Below are positions 1 through 10,700 of a stretch of 64,000 nucleotides of DNA, one piece after another. The notes beneath the pieces were generated by a model. The model had not been told where the DNA came from. It made no database searches and worked only from the letters and a program-made list of their open reading frames with translations. The stretch lies in assembly GCA_020852835.1 (NCBI GenBank), contig JADZAC010000012.1, positions 58,499 to 122,498 of the forward strand, read 5' to 3'. A program made the position numbers and the translations under genes. Every line of letters begins with the position of its first letter. Within the stretch, counting starts at the first letter, position 1. The DNA is from Flavobacteriales bacterium (GTDB lineage Bacteria > Bacteroidota > Bacteroidia > Flavobacteriales_F > PHOS-HE28).

Positions 1-1617
1 GAGCTGCTCTGTGAGGGTAGCGATGGCAGGGGATAATTGGACGATTTCTGCAAGCGTTAGCTGAGGGCGTAGTAGCAAGTTGTTGAGTTTTACCCGTTGT
101 TTGATGGGGTCTGTTCCACGTGGAACGATCACGGGGTTGGCCTCTTCCGGGCTGGTGCTTTCGGTTCGCAGAGCCTTGTGCAGGGTGTTGGAAAGGGTGG
201 CCTTTTGTTCCAAGCGGTGCATGCGGTCATCATCAGCCAGTCCAATTGCATGAGACAGTGGAGTTAGCCGTTGGTCCGCATTGTCCTGGCGGAGCAGTAT
301 TCGGTATTCTGCTCTGCTGGTGAACATCCGATAAGGCTCTTCTGTGCCTTTGGTGATCAGGTCGTCAATGAGCACACCGATGTAAGCTTGGTCACGGCCA
401 AGGACGAAGCTGGGTTTTTCTTGCAGTTTGAGGTGGGCATTGATGCCGGCAATAAGTCCTTGGCACGCAGCCTCCTCGTAACCGGTGGTGCCGTTGATCT
501 GGCCAGCAAAATAGAGTCCTTCTACCTGTTTGGTTTCCAGGGTATGGCGCACTTGGGTGGGGGGGAAGTAGTCGTACTCAACGGCATAGCCCGGACGGAA
601 GATGCGTGCTTGGGCGAAGCCGGGCAACTTGCGCAATGCGGCGGTCTGGACCTCTTCGGGGAGGCTGGTGCTGAATCCGTTGATGTAGGTTTCCACGGTA
701 TTCCAACCCTCTGGTTCAACAAAGATCTGGTGGCTTTCCTTATCGGCGAATCGGTTGATCTTGTCTTCAATGCTGGGACAATACCGCGGCCCTTGGCCTT
801 GGATCCGGCCATTGAACATGGGGCTGCGATCAAAACCGCTCCGAAGCGTGTCATGCACATCAGCACTGGTGTGCGTGATCCAGCAGCTGAGCTGTTTTGT
901 GGGGGGCGCGGTGAGCGGGGAAAAGCTGAACTTGCTCGGCTGGTCATCTCCCGGTTGCTCTTCCAGTTTGCTGTAGTCGATGCTTCGTCCATCCACCCGT
1001 GGTGGAGTACCAGTTTTCATCCTGCCGGATTCAAACCCCAGATCCGTCAGTTGTTCGGTTATTCCGTGGGCTGCCTTTTCACCCGCCCGTCCCCCTCCGA
1101 ACTGTTTCTCCCCGATGTGCATCACCGCACCCAGGAAGGTGCCATTCGTGAGAACCACAGCCTTGCAGGGAATAAAACCGCCCAGGCCGGTTCGCACTCC
1201 GGTGATCCGTTTTATTCCCGAGAACCCGGCTTCTACCCCGATGGCGGTTACCGTGTCTTGTCGGAAATGAACATTGGGGGTTTGTTCCAGTTTTTCACGC
1301 CAGGTTTGTGCGAAGAGTTGCCGATCGTTTTGGCTGCGGGGGCTCCACATTGCCGGTCCCTTACTTCGGTTGAGCATGCGGAACTGCACTGTGCTCAGGT
1401 CGCTGACAATGCCTGAGTACCCCCCGAGGGCATCGATTTCCCGGACGATCTGCCCCTTGCCTACACCGCCCATGGCCGGGTTGCAGCTCATTTGCGCGAT
1501 CACACCCATGTTCATGGTGATCAGCAAGACAGAGCTGCCCATGTTTGCGGCTGCGGCCGCCGATTCGCAGCCGGCGTGGCCACCACCAACTACAATGATG
1601 TCATATTCGTCCCTCAT
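1..1617 (-). CDS. mnmG: tRNA uridine 5-carboxymethylaminomethyl modification enzyme MnmG (GidA), 3' end runs off window start
   Basis: Minus-strand translation from ATG at 1617 gives MRDEYDIIVVGGGHAGCESAAAAANMG...MSCNPAMGG...VREIDALGG, the canonical FAD-binding N-terminus of MnmG. The frame stays open to position 1. The + ORF 271..1416 is its antisense artefact. Confidence 0.9.
   Translation of the reverse strand, partial: MRDEYDIIVVGGGHAGCESAAAAANMGSSVLLITMNMGVIAQMSCNPAMGGVGKGQIVREIDALGGYSGIVSDLSTVQFRMLNRSKGPAMWSPRSQNDRQLFAQTWREKLEQTPNVHFRQDTVTAIGVEAGFSGIKRITGVRTGLGGFIPCKAVVLTNGTFLGAVMHIGEKQFGGGRAGEKAAHGITEQLTDLGFESGRMKTGTPPRVDGRSIDYSKLEEQPGDDQPSKFSFSPLTAPPTKQLSCWITHTSADVHDTLRSGFDRSPMFNGRIQGQGPRYCPSIEDKINRFADKESHQIFVEPEGWNTVETYINGFSTSLPEEVQTAALRKLPGFAQARIFRPGYAVEYDYFPPTQVRHTLETKQVEGLYFAGQINGTTGYEEAACQGLIAGINAHLKLQEKPSFVLGRDQAYIGVLIDDLITKGTEEPYRMFTSRAEYRILLRQDNADQRLTPLSHAIGLADDDRMHRLEQKATLSNTLHKALRTESTSPEEANPVIVPRGTDPIKQRVKLNNLLLRPQLTLAEIVQLSPAIATLTEQL
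113..126. repeat. perfect 14-bp palindrome GTTCCACGTGGAAC (copy 1, inside mnmG coding region)
   Basis: Read directly. Identical 15-mer tGTTCCACGTGGAAC recurs at 1624-1638. Confidence 0.5.
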
Positions 1618-1624
1618 CGGTTTT

Positions 1625-1638
1625 GTTCCACGTGGAAC
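1625..1638. repeat. perfect 14-bp palindrome GTTCCACGTGGAAC (copy 2, 8 nt upstream of the mnmG start, in the divergent intergenic region)
   Basis: Read directly. CACGTG core, self-complementary. Sits in the mnmG / response-regulator divergent promoter region. Confidence 0.5.
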
Positions 1639-2007
1639 ATGCTGGTTAAGCCCTTGGTAATTAAATGTTTGAGCCTGTCGGTATGATGCGCCAAGCGCGA
1701 CCTGGTACTTAGTTCCAGCTCGGTGGTCAGCAAACCGTCAAAGGTAAGGTTGTATTGCCGGGGAAGATGAAGTTTCGCCTGCCCGAGACGTTAGCTCGGG
1801 TACCGCTCAGGGGCAGCAGAATTGGGTATTGCACGATCAGGAGCGAGGAAAAATATTCCCACTTTCGGCGGAAAATGCCCCGCCAACCGCAATCCCTCAG
1901 CGTTCATGAGCCTGGGCCCAGTATTTGCGGGGTTCGTCGAAATGCAACCCACATTTGCCGAACCCTGTGCCAATGGGGCGCATAAGGAGAGCCACTCCCG
2001 GCCGAAT

Positions 2008-2361
2008 ATGAGCGTACTGCTGATCGATGATGAGCCAGAGATTTGTTTCTTGGTCAGGAACGTTTTATTGCGCGAGGGCATTCAATGCCAACTGGCCCAT
2101 TCCATAGCAGAGGGGCGGAAAAAATTGGAGGCTGGCAATTTCCTGGCGGTGTTGTTGGACATCCACCTGCCCGACGGTATGGGGTACCAAATGATCCCCG
2201 AGATCCGTGCCGTTCAGCCCGGTGCCCGGGTGATCGCCATTAGTGCGGTTGACCAAGAACGGGAGAATGCCACCGGCAGGGGGGCTGATCTCTTTATCGC
2301 CAAACCATTTGATAGGAGCAGTATCTTAGGCGGACTTCGGGCGCTGGGTATTACAGCCTGA
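2008..2361 (+). CDS. stand-alone CheY-like response regulator receiver domain protein
   Basis: MSVLLIDDEPEICFLVRNVL...LLDIHLPDGMGY...ISAVDQ has the receiver fold signature (DD pair, phospho-Asp in LLDIHLPD). No output domain. The internal Met at 2008 was chosen over the ORF-track start at 1822. Confidence 0.8.
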   Translation: MSVLLIDDEPEICFLVRNVLLREGIQCQLAHSIAEGRKKLEAGNFLAVLLDIHLPDGMGYQMIPEIRAVQPGARVIAISAVDQERENATGRGADLFIAKPFDRSSILGGLRALGITA

Positions 2362-2377
2362 ACAACGCCCACGCACC

Positions 2378-3751
2378 ATGGCCAGCCCCCACCTGCTCGT
2401 CATCGACGACGATCCGGACATCTGCACACTACTTTCCCGTTTCTTGGGCAAGCAAGGGTATTTGGTGGATTCCGCCCAGCGGGGGGCCACGGCCAAGGAA
2501 CTGTTGAAGAAGAACCGTTACCAATTGGTGCTGTGCGACCACCGCTTGCCCGATACCGATAGCGAGGAGATGCTCCTGCACATCAAATCGGTCTCGCGCG
2601 ATACGGCGGTGATCATCATCACCGGGTATTCCGACGTGCGTACGGCGGTCAACCTCATGCGCAAAGGAGCCTTCGACTATGTGGGCAAGCCGTTGTATCC
2701 GGACGAGATCCTCATGCGGGTGAAGGAAGCCTTGGCATCCGGGTCGCGCCAGCCCCTGCCGCAACCTTCCGCTTCACAGGGCCCCCCGGCCGATTATGTG
2801 CGAGGGGGCGGCCCCCATGCGCAGTTGCTCGCCGAGCACATCACCTTGGTGGCTCCCACGGACATGACCGTGCTGATCACGGGCGAAACCGGCACGGGGA
2901 AGGAATATGTTGCCCGTGAGATCCATCGGCAGAGCAAACGCGCTCAAGCAGTGTTTGTAGCCGTGGATTGCGGCGCTCTCCCCAAGGAATTGGCCGGAAG
3001 TGAACTGTTCGGCCATGTGAAAGGGGCGTTTACCGGTGCATTGGGCGACAAGCGGGGAAGCTTTGAGCAAGCCCATGGGGGAACGCTCTTTTTGGATGAG
3101 GTAGGCAATCTTACCTACGAGAACCAGGTGAAGTTGCTGCGGGTGTTGCAGGAGCGCCGGATCAAGCGCGTGGGTGATGAAAAGGACATTGCGGTGGATG
3201 TGCGCGTGTTGGCGGCCACGAACGAGGATTTGTACGCTGCCGTGGCGGAGGGTCGGTTCCGGGAGGACCTGCTGCACCGTATCAATGAATTCGGCTTGGA
3301 CCTGTTGCCGCTCCGTGATCGCCCGGAGGACATCATGGTCTTTGCACACCATTTCCTGGAACAAGCCAACAAGAGGCTGGGCCGTGGAGTGGAAGGCTTC
3401 GACGAAGCCGTGGAAACACGGCTGAAGCTGCATCCATGGCCGGGCAACCTGCGCGAGCTGGGCAACGTGGTCAAACGGGCGGTGTTGCTTTCCAATGGTG
3501 CCACGGTGCAGCTCAATGCACTCCCGGCCGAGGTGATCAGCGGTACGCCACAGCACCGCCAGCAGGCACAAGCGGCAGCGGGTGCGATCACCTTGGACGG
3601 ATTGAAAAGTGTATCCCACTCTGCGGAAAAACAGGCCATACTCAAAGCACTTGAGCGCAATGGGTTCAATAAATCCCGAACGGCCGAGATGCTGAACATT
3701 GACCGGAAGACGCTTTATAACAAGCTGAAATCCTTCGGCATTGAGATCTGA
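2378..3751 (+). CDS. sigma-54-dependent Fis-family response regulator (NtrC-like)
   Basis: N-terminal receiver (LLVIDDDPDI...LCDHRLPD), AAA+ sigma-54 interaction domain with Walker A GETGTGKE and GAFTGA motif, and a C-terminal Fis-type HTH (SRTAEMLNIDRKTLYNKLK). Confidence 0.9.
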   Translation: MASPHLLVIDDDPDICTLLSRFLGKQGYLVDSAQRGATAKELLKKNRYQLVLCDHRLPDTDSEEMLLHIKSVSRDTAVIIITGYSDVRTAVNLMRKGAFDYVGKPLYPDEILMRVKEALASGSRQPLPQPSASQGPPADYVRGGGPHAQLLAEHITLVAPTDMTVLITGETGTGKEYVAREIHRQSKRAQAVFVAVDCGALPKELAGSELFGHVKGAFTGALGDKRGSFEQAHGGTLFLDEVGNLTYENQVKLLRVLQERRIKRVGDEKDIAVDVRVLAATNEDLYAAVAEGRFREDLLHRINEFGLDLLPLRDRPEDIMVFAHHFLEQANKRLGRGVEGFDEAVETRLKLHPWPGNLRELGNVVKRAVLLSNGATVQLNALPAEVISGTPQHRQQAQAAAGAITLDGLKSVSHSAEKQAILKALERNGFNKSRTAEMLNIDRKTLYNKLKSFGIEI

Positions 3752-5615
3752 TCACAACCCGGCCCCGCCCCATTCCGAAGCAAGCCCCGGTGCAGGGCAT
3801 GCGGAGCCGCAACAACCATCATTGCCAACTCCGGATACCGTTGTTCCTCCGGGTGCCCAGGTCCGGTCCAACCGGAAGGAACGGCGCCTTTTGCGGGCGC
3901 TCTATGCAGGAGCAGTGGTCCTGCTGGTGCTTTTCCTGCTGATCACGATCCGCACCTTTGAGCGTTATTCTTCCGCCAACAAAAGCATTCGCGAAAGCAA
4001 TGCGGTGCTCCAAGCATTGGAGACCATGGTGTCAGGCCTCAAGGATGCCCAGATCGGCGTGCAGGGCTATTTGCTGACCCATGATACTGCCTTTGTCCGC
4101 CCCTTCCGTTTGGCCCAACCCACGGTAGAAGTGAGCATCCGGCAGTTGGATTCCTTGGAACGAGCAGGGGCCACGCACAAAGACCTGGATGAGATCCAGG
4201 AGCTCTCGCGGAAAATGCTCAAGCTCATCCAGGATCAGTTCCTTTCGGAGCGGACCTCGGATGTTGGGGTACAGGGGGGAGAGGCGGAGCAACTGCGTCG
4301 ATCGCGTGAACTCTTGGAGCGGATCCGCGCGGAGCACCGGGAATTGAGCATTGGTATTGAACGCATCCGCCTGCGCAACCTGTCTGCCGAACGGAGCTTG
4401 AAGCCCGACGCACCCCTCATGCTGCTCGTATCATCGGTCCTGGCCATCTTGGCTTCGGCGGCCTTGTTCTGGCGGCTGTTTCGTGCATTGGCCAAAGCGG
4501 AACGGGCCGAAGCCGAGATCCAACGCAAAGTGGAACAGCTCAACCAGGAGGTGCGAACAAGGGAATTCGCGGAACGTTCGTTAAAACGGGTGTTGGACAG
4601 CTCCCCCAGCGCCATCATGGCATTCCGGAGCTTACGCAACGATCTGGGACAGGTGGCCGACTTTGAATGGGTCTTGGCAAACAAGGAGAGCGAGCGCATC
4701 TATTCACGCAGCCAAGATCCGTTGATCGGTAAACAGTTGTTGGTCCAGCTTCCTTGGCTGGTCAACACCAAGCTATATGAAGCTTTCCTTGAGGTTGTGG
4801 AGACCGGTGCGCCCTATGAAAGCGACCTGCAGTCCTTGTTCCGGCCTGATGTGTGGCTGCATGTGCATGCCTTACGGCTGCTGGATGGCTTTGTAGTGAC
4901 CATTACGGATATCTCAGAAACAAGGCGGGCCCAGGAATTGTTGGCCGAAGGGGACCGTTTGGCCATTACCGGGGGCATTGCGAGAACCGTGGCACATGAG
5001 GTCCGAAACCCTTTGACCAACCTGCACATGGCCTTGGAGCAGATGCTGGACGAGCTGGGTCCCGACACCCGGAAGGGGATAGAACCCTACGCGGATATCC
5101 TGCAGCGCAACATGCATCGCATCAGCCGGCTGATCACGGACCTGCTGGAATCCTCCAAGCCCAAGGAGCTGGACAAACGTCCTTGCGAGGTGCCGGCCTT
5201 GCTGCGCGCAGCCATGGCCAGCGTGCAAGACCGGCTGGACCTGTTGGGCATGCATGCGGAAGTGCAGGCAGCACCGGAATTGCATGCCGTGTCGGCAGAC
5301 CCTGAAATGCTGGGCATTGCCCTCACCAATTTGTGCGTCAATGCCATTGAAGCAATGGAAGAGGGCAGGGGAAGGTTATACCTGGGAGCTTCGCTGTATC
5401 AGGGCCATGTTCGCATTAGCATAGCCGACAATGGGAAGGGTATCCAGGAAGAGCATATCCAGCGGCTGTTCCAAGCGTTCTATTCGGGCCGAACGGGCGG
5501 GATGGGGCTTGGGCTCACCAATGCGCGTACCATCCTGAATGCACATGGGGTGCACATGGATGTGAAGAGCGCGGTGGGCGAGGGCACAACTTTCATTCTC
5601 ACTTTTCCGGACTGA
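3741..5615 (+). CDS. sensor histidine kinase with CHASE3 extracytoplasmic domain, PAS region, HisKA and HATPase
   Basis: TM, then CHASE3-like region (NAVLQALETMVSGLKDAQIGVQGYLLTHD), a second TM, H-box AHEVRNPLTNL, and G-box GMGLGLTNARTILNAHG. Overlaps the upstream activator by 11 nt (operon). Confidence 0.85.
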   Translation: MRSDHNPAPPHSEASPGAGHAEPQQPSLPTPDTVVPPGAQVRSNRKERRLLRALYAGAVVLLVLFLLITIRTFERYSSANKSIRESNAVLQALETMVSGLKDAQIGVQGYLLTHDTAFVRPFRLAQPTVEVSIRQLDSLERAGATHKDLDEIQELSRKMLKLIQDQFLSERTSDVGVQGGEAEQLRRSRELLERIRAEHRELSIGIERIRLRNLSAERSLKPDAPLMLLVSSVLAILASAALFWRLFRALAKAERAEAEIQRKVEQLNQEVRTREFAERSLKRVLDSSPSAIMAFRSLRNDLGQVADFEWVLANKESERIYSRSQDPLIGKQLLVQLPWLVNTKLYEAFLEVVETGAPYESDLQSLFRPDVWLHVHALRLLDGFVVTITDISETRRAQELLAEGDRLAITGGIARTVAHEVRNPLTNLHMALEQMLDELGPDTRKGIEPYADILQRNMHRISRLITDLLESSKPKELDKRPCEVPALLRAAMASVQDRLDLLGMHAEVQAAPELHAVSADPEMLGIALTNLCVNAIEAMEEGRGRLYLGASLYQGHVRISIADNGKGIQEEHIQRLFQAFYSGRTGGMGLGLTNARTILNAHGVHMDVKSAVGEGTTFILTFPD

Positions 5616-5681
5616 AATACCACCGTAAATGCGGCATCGCACGTGTTGGCCATCCGGCACAAGCCGTACCGTGGCCACAAA

Positions 5682-7280
5682 TCATGCGGCTTTGTATTTG
5701 CGGTCAGCCTTGTCGTTCACCCGGTCATGGACCATGGCAAGCCACTTTTCCCGAAGAAGGTCTTGAAGGGTTCGTCCTTCAGCCTTGGCCCGGGCCCAGG
5801 CAACGAGGTCGATCTGGTCCAAGGCCGCTGTCTGTCGGGAATTCATGGTGGCCTCTACCAGCGCTGTCCACAGCCGATTCCAGGGTTGGGGATCGGCCGC
5901 TCTGTCTTTGTCCGCCAACAGGTCGTTGGCATGGTCCAGAAGGACCAGCTCCAAAGCGAGGGGAGTACCATGCTGCTTCAGGGTTCGCCGGGTATTGCGC
6001 ACTACGTAATGCACATGGTCCGCCTTGCCAAGTTCCACCAAGCACATAAGGTTCAACATGCGGCCCAAGGCATGCAGTTCCACATGGGCCGAGACCCCCT
6101 TCTCATTCAGCAGGTGGTTGCACCAGTGCAGGGCGCGGCCCGGCATGCCTGCCCCGAGCGCGACATAAGCCATTTGCAGCATCAATTCGGTCCGTCGAAC
6201 AGTACTGATCCGGTCACTGAAGCGGGCCAAGCCCTCCTCCAGCCGGTCCAGTATCTCCATGGCATTGGCGAAATCACCTTGCACGGAACGCACCGCCAGT
6301 TGCAGGCTCCCGTCCAGTACAAAGAGCTTCGCTTCCAAGTCGGGATCGGGCGCCTTGGCCATTTGCCTGGGGATCAGACGAAATTCACGGAAGCCTTCCA
6401 GGGCTTCACGGTGGCGGCCCAAACGCAGCCGTACTTGCGCCAGGTTGCCCAACACGCCTAGCATAAAGCCCGGCTCAAGGGTGAGATGGCGGGCCTCGGC
6501 ACGCAATAGGACAGCACAGGCTTCCAAATGCGTTTCACAGGTTGGCAGGTCGCTTTGGGCGTATGCCAACGCGCTGCGGACATGATGGTGCAGAAAGCGG
6601 GCATGGGGGGTGTGCAAGACCGCGCCCTCTGCCAAAAGTGGATGGGTGGCCAAGGTGGCGAGTTCTTCCTGCTCCCGTGGCCCCGGAGCTTGGCCACAAC
6701 GGTAGAGCACCAGGAAGGTTTCGCTTTTGAGCTGCCACAACCGGTCTACTTCCACCCACTGGTTTACATGTTCCCCGGCTTCCCGGGCATGGTCGGCCAA
6801 GGTAGCCGAGGTAATGCCCGTGTAATTGACCCGCTCGCATATGCGGCGCTCCCATTCGTGTGCTTGTAGAAACAAGGCCTGTTTGTTATGCGCACGGGCC
6901 AGCGCCTGTGCCGCGCGCAAGACCTTGGCGGCATCCGTATGCAGTGCCTTGTGGTGCAGTATTTCCACATGGTGCAACGTGCGACGCAATTGATCATCTA
7001 CGGAGCTGTTGGCGTAAAAGGCGTCCAAGCTCTCCAATACGGTTTCGTACAGTCTCCGTTTCGTAATGGCAAACCGGCGCAGGAACGGCTGGCCCGCAAA
7101 CTGCCTTCGCAAGGCCTCCATATCATAGGCTGGCATGGCGGCAATGGCATCGAAGAGTGCGCGTTGCACGCCCGCACCTGATGATAGGTGCCTGGAAGCA
7201 TAAAGTTTGAAATAGCGCTTCTCGGCACGGGTCATGGCATGCACCAACCGGTGCAAATGATCGGAGTCGCTGTTTTTCAT
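5682..7280 (-). CDS. hypothetical all-alpha (TPR-like) protein, 532 aa
   Basis: Long ORF with consistent codon usage. No domain recognised from sequence. The overlapping + ORFs are antisense artefacts. Confidence 0.55.
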   Translation of the reverse strand: MKNSDSDHLHRLVHAMTRAEKRYFKLYASRHLSSGAGVQRALFDAIAAMPAYDMEALRRQFAGQPFLRRFAITKRRLYETVLESLDAFYANSSVDDQLRRTLHHVEILHHKALHTDAAKVLRAAQALARAHNKQALFLQAHEWERRICERVNYTGITSATLADHAREAGEHVNQWVEVDRLWQLKSETFLVLYRCGQAPGPREQEELATLATHPLLAEGAVLHTPHARFLHHHVRSALAYAQSDLPTCETHLEACAVLLRAEARHLTLEPGFMLGVLGNLAQVRLRLGRHREALEGFREFRLIPRQMAKAPDPDLEAKLFVLDGSLQLAVRSVQGDFANAMEILDRLEEGLARFSDRISTVRRTELMLQMAYVALGAGMPGRALHWCNHLLNEKGVSAHVELHALGRMLNLMCLVELGKADHVHYVVRNTRRTLKQHGTPLALELVLLDHANDLLADKDRAADPQPWNRLWTALVEATMNSRQTAALDQIDLVAWARAKAEGRTLQDLLREKWLAMVHDRVNDKADRKYKAA

Positions 7281-7380
7281 GGCGAGGGGGCTGTTTGTGT
7301 CAAGCTAGCCCTTGGCACACCTTCGCCCCCAACCCGTAGCGGGGAACGGCGGCTTCCGTTTCGGGAACGGTTGTAGGATC

Positions 7381-7405
7381 AAAAATGCCCGGCCATTGGC
7401 CGGGC
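7381..7405 (-). terminator. rho-independent terminator downstream of the small lipoprotein gene
   Basis: On the minus strand: GCCCGGCC-AATG-GCCGGGC hairpin followed by ATTTTT (forward aaaaatgcccggccattggccgggc). Confidence 0.5.
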
Positions 7406-7428
7406 AGCGGAAACTTGCGGATCCAAGC

Positions 7429-7689
7429 TCAATTCTTCGGGCGCTTGGGCCGCTCACCGTCGCCCAGGTCATCGCCATCGTCCGAAATGGGGGATGAACT
7501 TCCGGAGTTGGTTCCTGTGGGTGGAGGGGCAACCGTTCCGCCCGGGGTGGATTTCACCGGGGCTTGAACGGCATGCCCGGCCTGTTGCGGTTCTACCAAT
7601 TCCTCCTTGGTGCAACCCGGTGCCACGAGCAGCAACAGCAATACAAACAGGCTGCTTGGTCCAAGGATTTTATGGTCCACACACTTCAT
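7429..7689 (-). CDS. small low-complexity lipoprotein (86 aa)
   Basis: MKCVDHKILGPSSLFVLLLLLVAPGC has a signal peptide with lipobox. The rest is Pro/Gly/Ser/Asp-rich. The internal Met was chosen. The gene is followed by a terminator. Confidence 0.4.
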   Translation of the reverse strand: MKCVDHKILGPSSLFVLLLLLVAPGCTKEELVEPQQAGHAVQAPVKSTPGGTVAPPPTGTNSGSSSPISDDGDDLGDGERPKRPKN

Positions 7690-7768
7690 GGCGTACCAAA
7701 GGTATGAAAACGGATCAGTAAATGCAACTCGGCACAGGCAAAATGAATATCCCGGGGCCAGCCACGGT

Positions 7769-10700
7769 TCAGGGCAGTTCAACGATGACTTGGGTGCCGG
7801 CGTTGCCCTTGCCGTCGCGAACTTGGTCGGGGCCTTGGATGCGGATGTCGGTCATGTGCAATTTCCTGAGGATGTCGGCGCGTCCCTTGGTGATTTCAAT
7901 GCCTCGGGATATGTGGTCCGCGCTTTCCGCGCTTTTGTGTTCCCTACTGTTGTCGATGCCCACGCCATCGTCAGTAATGCGGATACGGGTGCGGCCTTCT
8001 TCGGTGCGGTCCACGCGGATATCCACTCGGCCGGCGTGCGCCATGGGCAAAATGCCGTGCCAGATACTGTTCTCCACATAGGGTTGCAGCATCATGGCGG
8101 GAATGGATACCCGCTCCGGGTCCACGGCGGGGTCAACGGATATGGCATACATGAATTTGTCCTTGAACCGCATGTGTTCCAGCACCAGATAGAGCTCCAG
8201 GCGCTGGAGTTCCTCCGCCAGGCTGGTGGTGTCCTTTTGGCTGGCGTCCAAATTTTTACGGATCAACTTGGCGAAACTGGTGAGGTACTTGTTCGCCACG
8301 GCACGGTCTTGCCGGTTGATGCTGTATTGGATGCTGTTGAGCGCATTGAAGATGAAATGCCTGTTCATATTGGCGTTAAGGGCTTGTTGCTCCAACTGCA
8401 GCATGCGCGACCGCAGTATGAGCCCTCGGGTTTTTTCCTGTCTTTCACGGCGTAAACTGCGCACCTTGGCCACCAGGAACAGCATTGCCAGCAGCGCCAA
8501 CGCGCATAGCACGAAGAACCACCAACTTAACCAGAACGGTGGGGTAATGGTGAAGCTTACCGCAGCGGCAGGCCCCCATCTGCCGCCCCCCATTGCCTGC
8601 CGATCAGCGGCGCGCACCTCAAACGTATAGCTTCCTTGTGGCAGGTTTGAGTAGCTGGCGAAACGCGCCTCGGTCGGAGGCATCCATTCCTGATCGAAGC
8701 CCTCAAGGCGGTACTGGAACCGTACATGCCGGCCATAGGCTAACGCAATGGCGGTATAGCTGAAGGTGAGGTGGTTCTTTTGGTACGCGATCTCCAAGTG
8801 GGGGGCTGCGCCCATCATCAGGCTATCCGCCCCGGGGATGGGCGAGGAAGGACTGGCGACACCGGTGATCAGCGCCTTGGGGGTTGTCTCTCGGGAGTAT
8901 CGCGAGGGCATCCGGGGGTCGTGCATGACCAAACCTGTGTTGGTGCCGAAAAAGAGCCTTCCCCCCTGATCCTTGAATGCACTGTTCAGGTTGAACTCCA
9001 GCCCACGCAATCCGTCTTCTTCCAGGATGTGCTCTTTGGCCGTTGGATCGGCCAACAAACTATCCGGATGGAAGTGGAACAGGCCGTTGTTGGTGCCGGC
9101 CCAAAGGGAACCGGCATCGTCGAGCACCAACAGGCCTACGTAGTTGGAGCCGAAATCCGTACCCAGGTCGATCCGTTTGAAGCGGCCTTGATCATGGCAG
9201 GTCAGGCCGTCGGATGTGCCCATCCAGAGGCGTCCCTTCTTGTCATGCACCATACAGAACACGGTATTGTGGCTCAGTCCGTTCACGGTGGTGAAGCGGG
9301 TGGCCTTGTTGCCGTCGATCATCACGGCCCCCAGGTCGGTGGCCAACCAGATGTTGCCGTTAGGGCTGCCTTGAATGCTTCGTACACCGCGCAAGGTGAG
9401 GTTGGGGCTGAGCGCGAGGCTTGCGGCCCGTCCGTTGCGCGGGAGGATGAACACACCGTCACGCGTGCCGCACCAAAGCTCCCCGGAGGCGGTTTGATGG
9501 AGCGCCAGCACCCGTTGTCCGGCCAGGGATCGATCGGTCGGCAGGGGTACCACCTTGCCCCTGCTGATCCGGCAAAGGCCATCGCTGGTACCGAACCAAA
9601 GCGAGCCGTCCAAGTCCAGCGTGCTGCTCCAAACGGTGTTGTTGGGCAAGCCGTCCAAGGTGGATATTTGGGCCATGGCATCCATCCGGCATACCCCGCT
9701 GCCATACGTGCCCAACCAGATATCCCCGGACTGGTCGCGGGTGGCGGTCATGACCAGGTCGCTGCAAAGGCCTTCTGTCACGGTGTAAGACACATAGGCA
9801 TCCCCAGCGTACCGTACCACACCCGCACCGTCCGTGCCGATCCACAGGCTGCCGTTGCGATCTTCCAGCAGGCTCCATACGTTGTCGTTGGGCATGCCCT
9901 GGTGCACCGTGAAAGCCCGCAACCGTCCGCGGTCCATCAGATTGACCCCGAATTTGGTGCCTGCCCAAGTCCTGCCCGACCCATCATGCAGCACCGCCCG
10001 CACGTTGTTCTGGAGCAGGCCGTTGTCTTCATCATGAACGAGGGTGCTGCCATCGGGTCGGAGCTCGATCAACCCATCGCCATAAGTGCCCGCCCAAATG
10101 GTGCCTTCGGGCTCCATGGACAGCGAGCTGATGGACGTGGGGAAAGGCAATGCTACCGGGTTCCACGCCCCGGGTTTCCCGCGGAGCAGCCCATTACGCA
10201 GGCCGACAAGTAAACTGCCGTCGGGCAGGGCAAGCAAGGAGCGCACCTGCATCGCACTGTCCCGTGGCCAAGCATCAACCGGCGTGGCCTTTCCACCATG
10301 AACTTGCAGCAGTCCCGCCCCCTCGGTTCCCGCATATACGGTCCCATCCGCTCCCTGGGCCAAGGCGAGCACGCGAAGCTCCTCCGCAGTCACCGGTAGC
10401 TGCAGGGTGTGCATCGACAGGCCGTCGAAATGCACCAAGTATCCACCGCAGCCCAGCCAGACGGTGCCGTCTGTTGCTGCCAGGAGGGCATTGACCTGGG
10501 GGTCGGGCAATCCATTGCGCAGTCCATAGTTGGTGAATTCCAGGCCATCAAACCGGCTGGCCCCTCCCAATGTGCCGAACCAGAGGTATCCGGCCTTGTC
10601 CTGGGCCATGCACCGTACTTGGCTTTGGGCGAGACCATCGCGGGGGGTGAATTGTGTGAATCCGTACTGTTGGGCGTGCAGTGCAAGGGTTAGTCCCAAG

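Noticed and set aside
271-1416. 381-aa + strand ORF at the window start
   Set aside because: It is antisense to mnmG, whose N-terminus MRDEYDIIVVGGGHAGCE...MSCNPAMGG is unambiguous on the minus strand. The + ORF has Gly/Ala/Val/His-rich composition typical of antisense frames in high-GC DNA.
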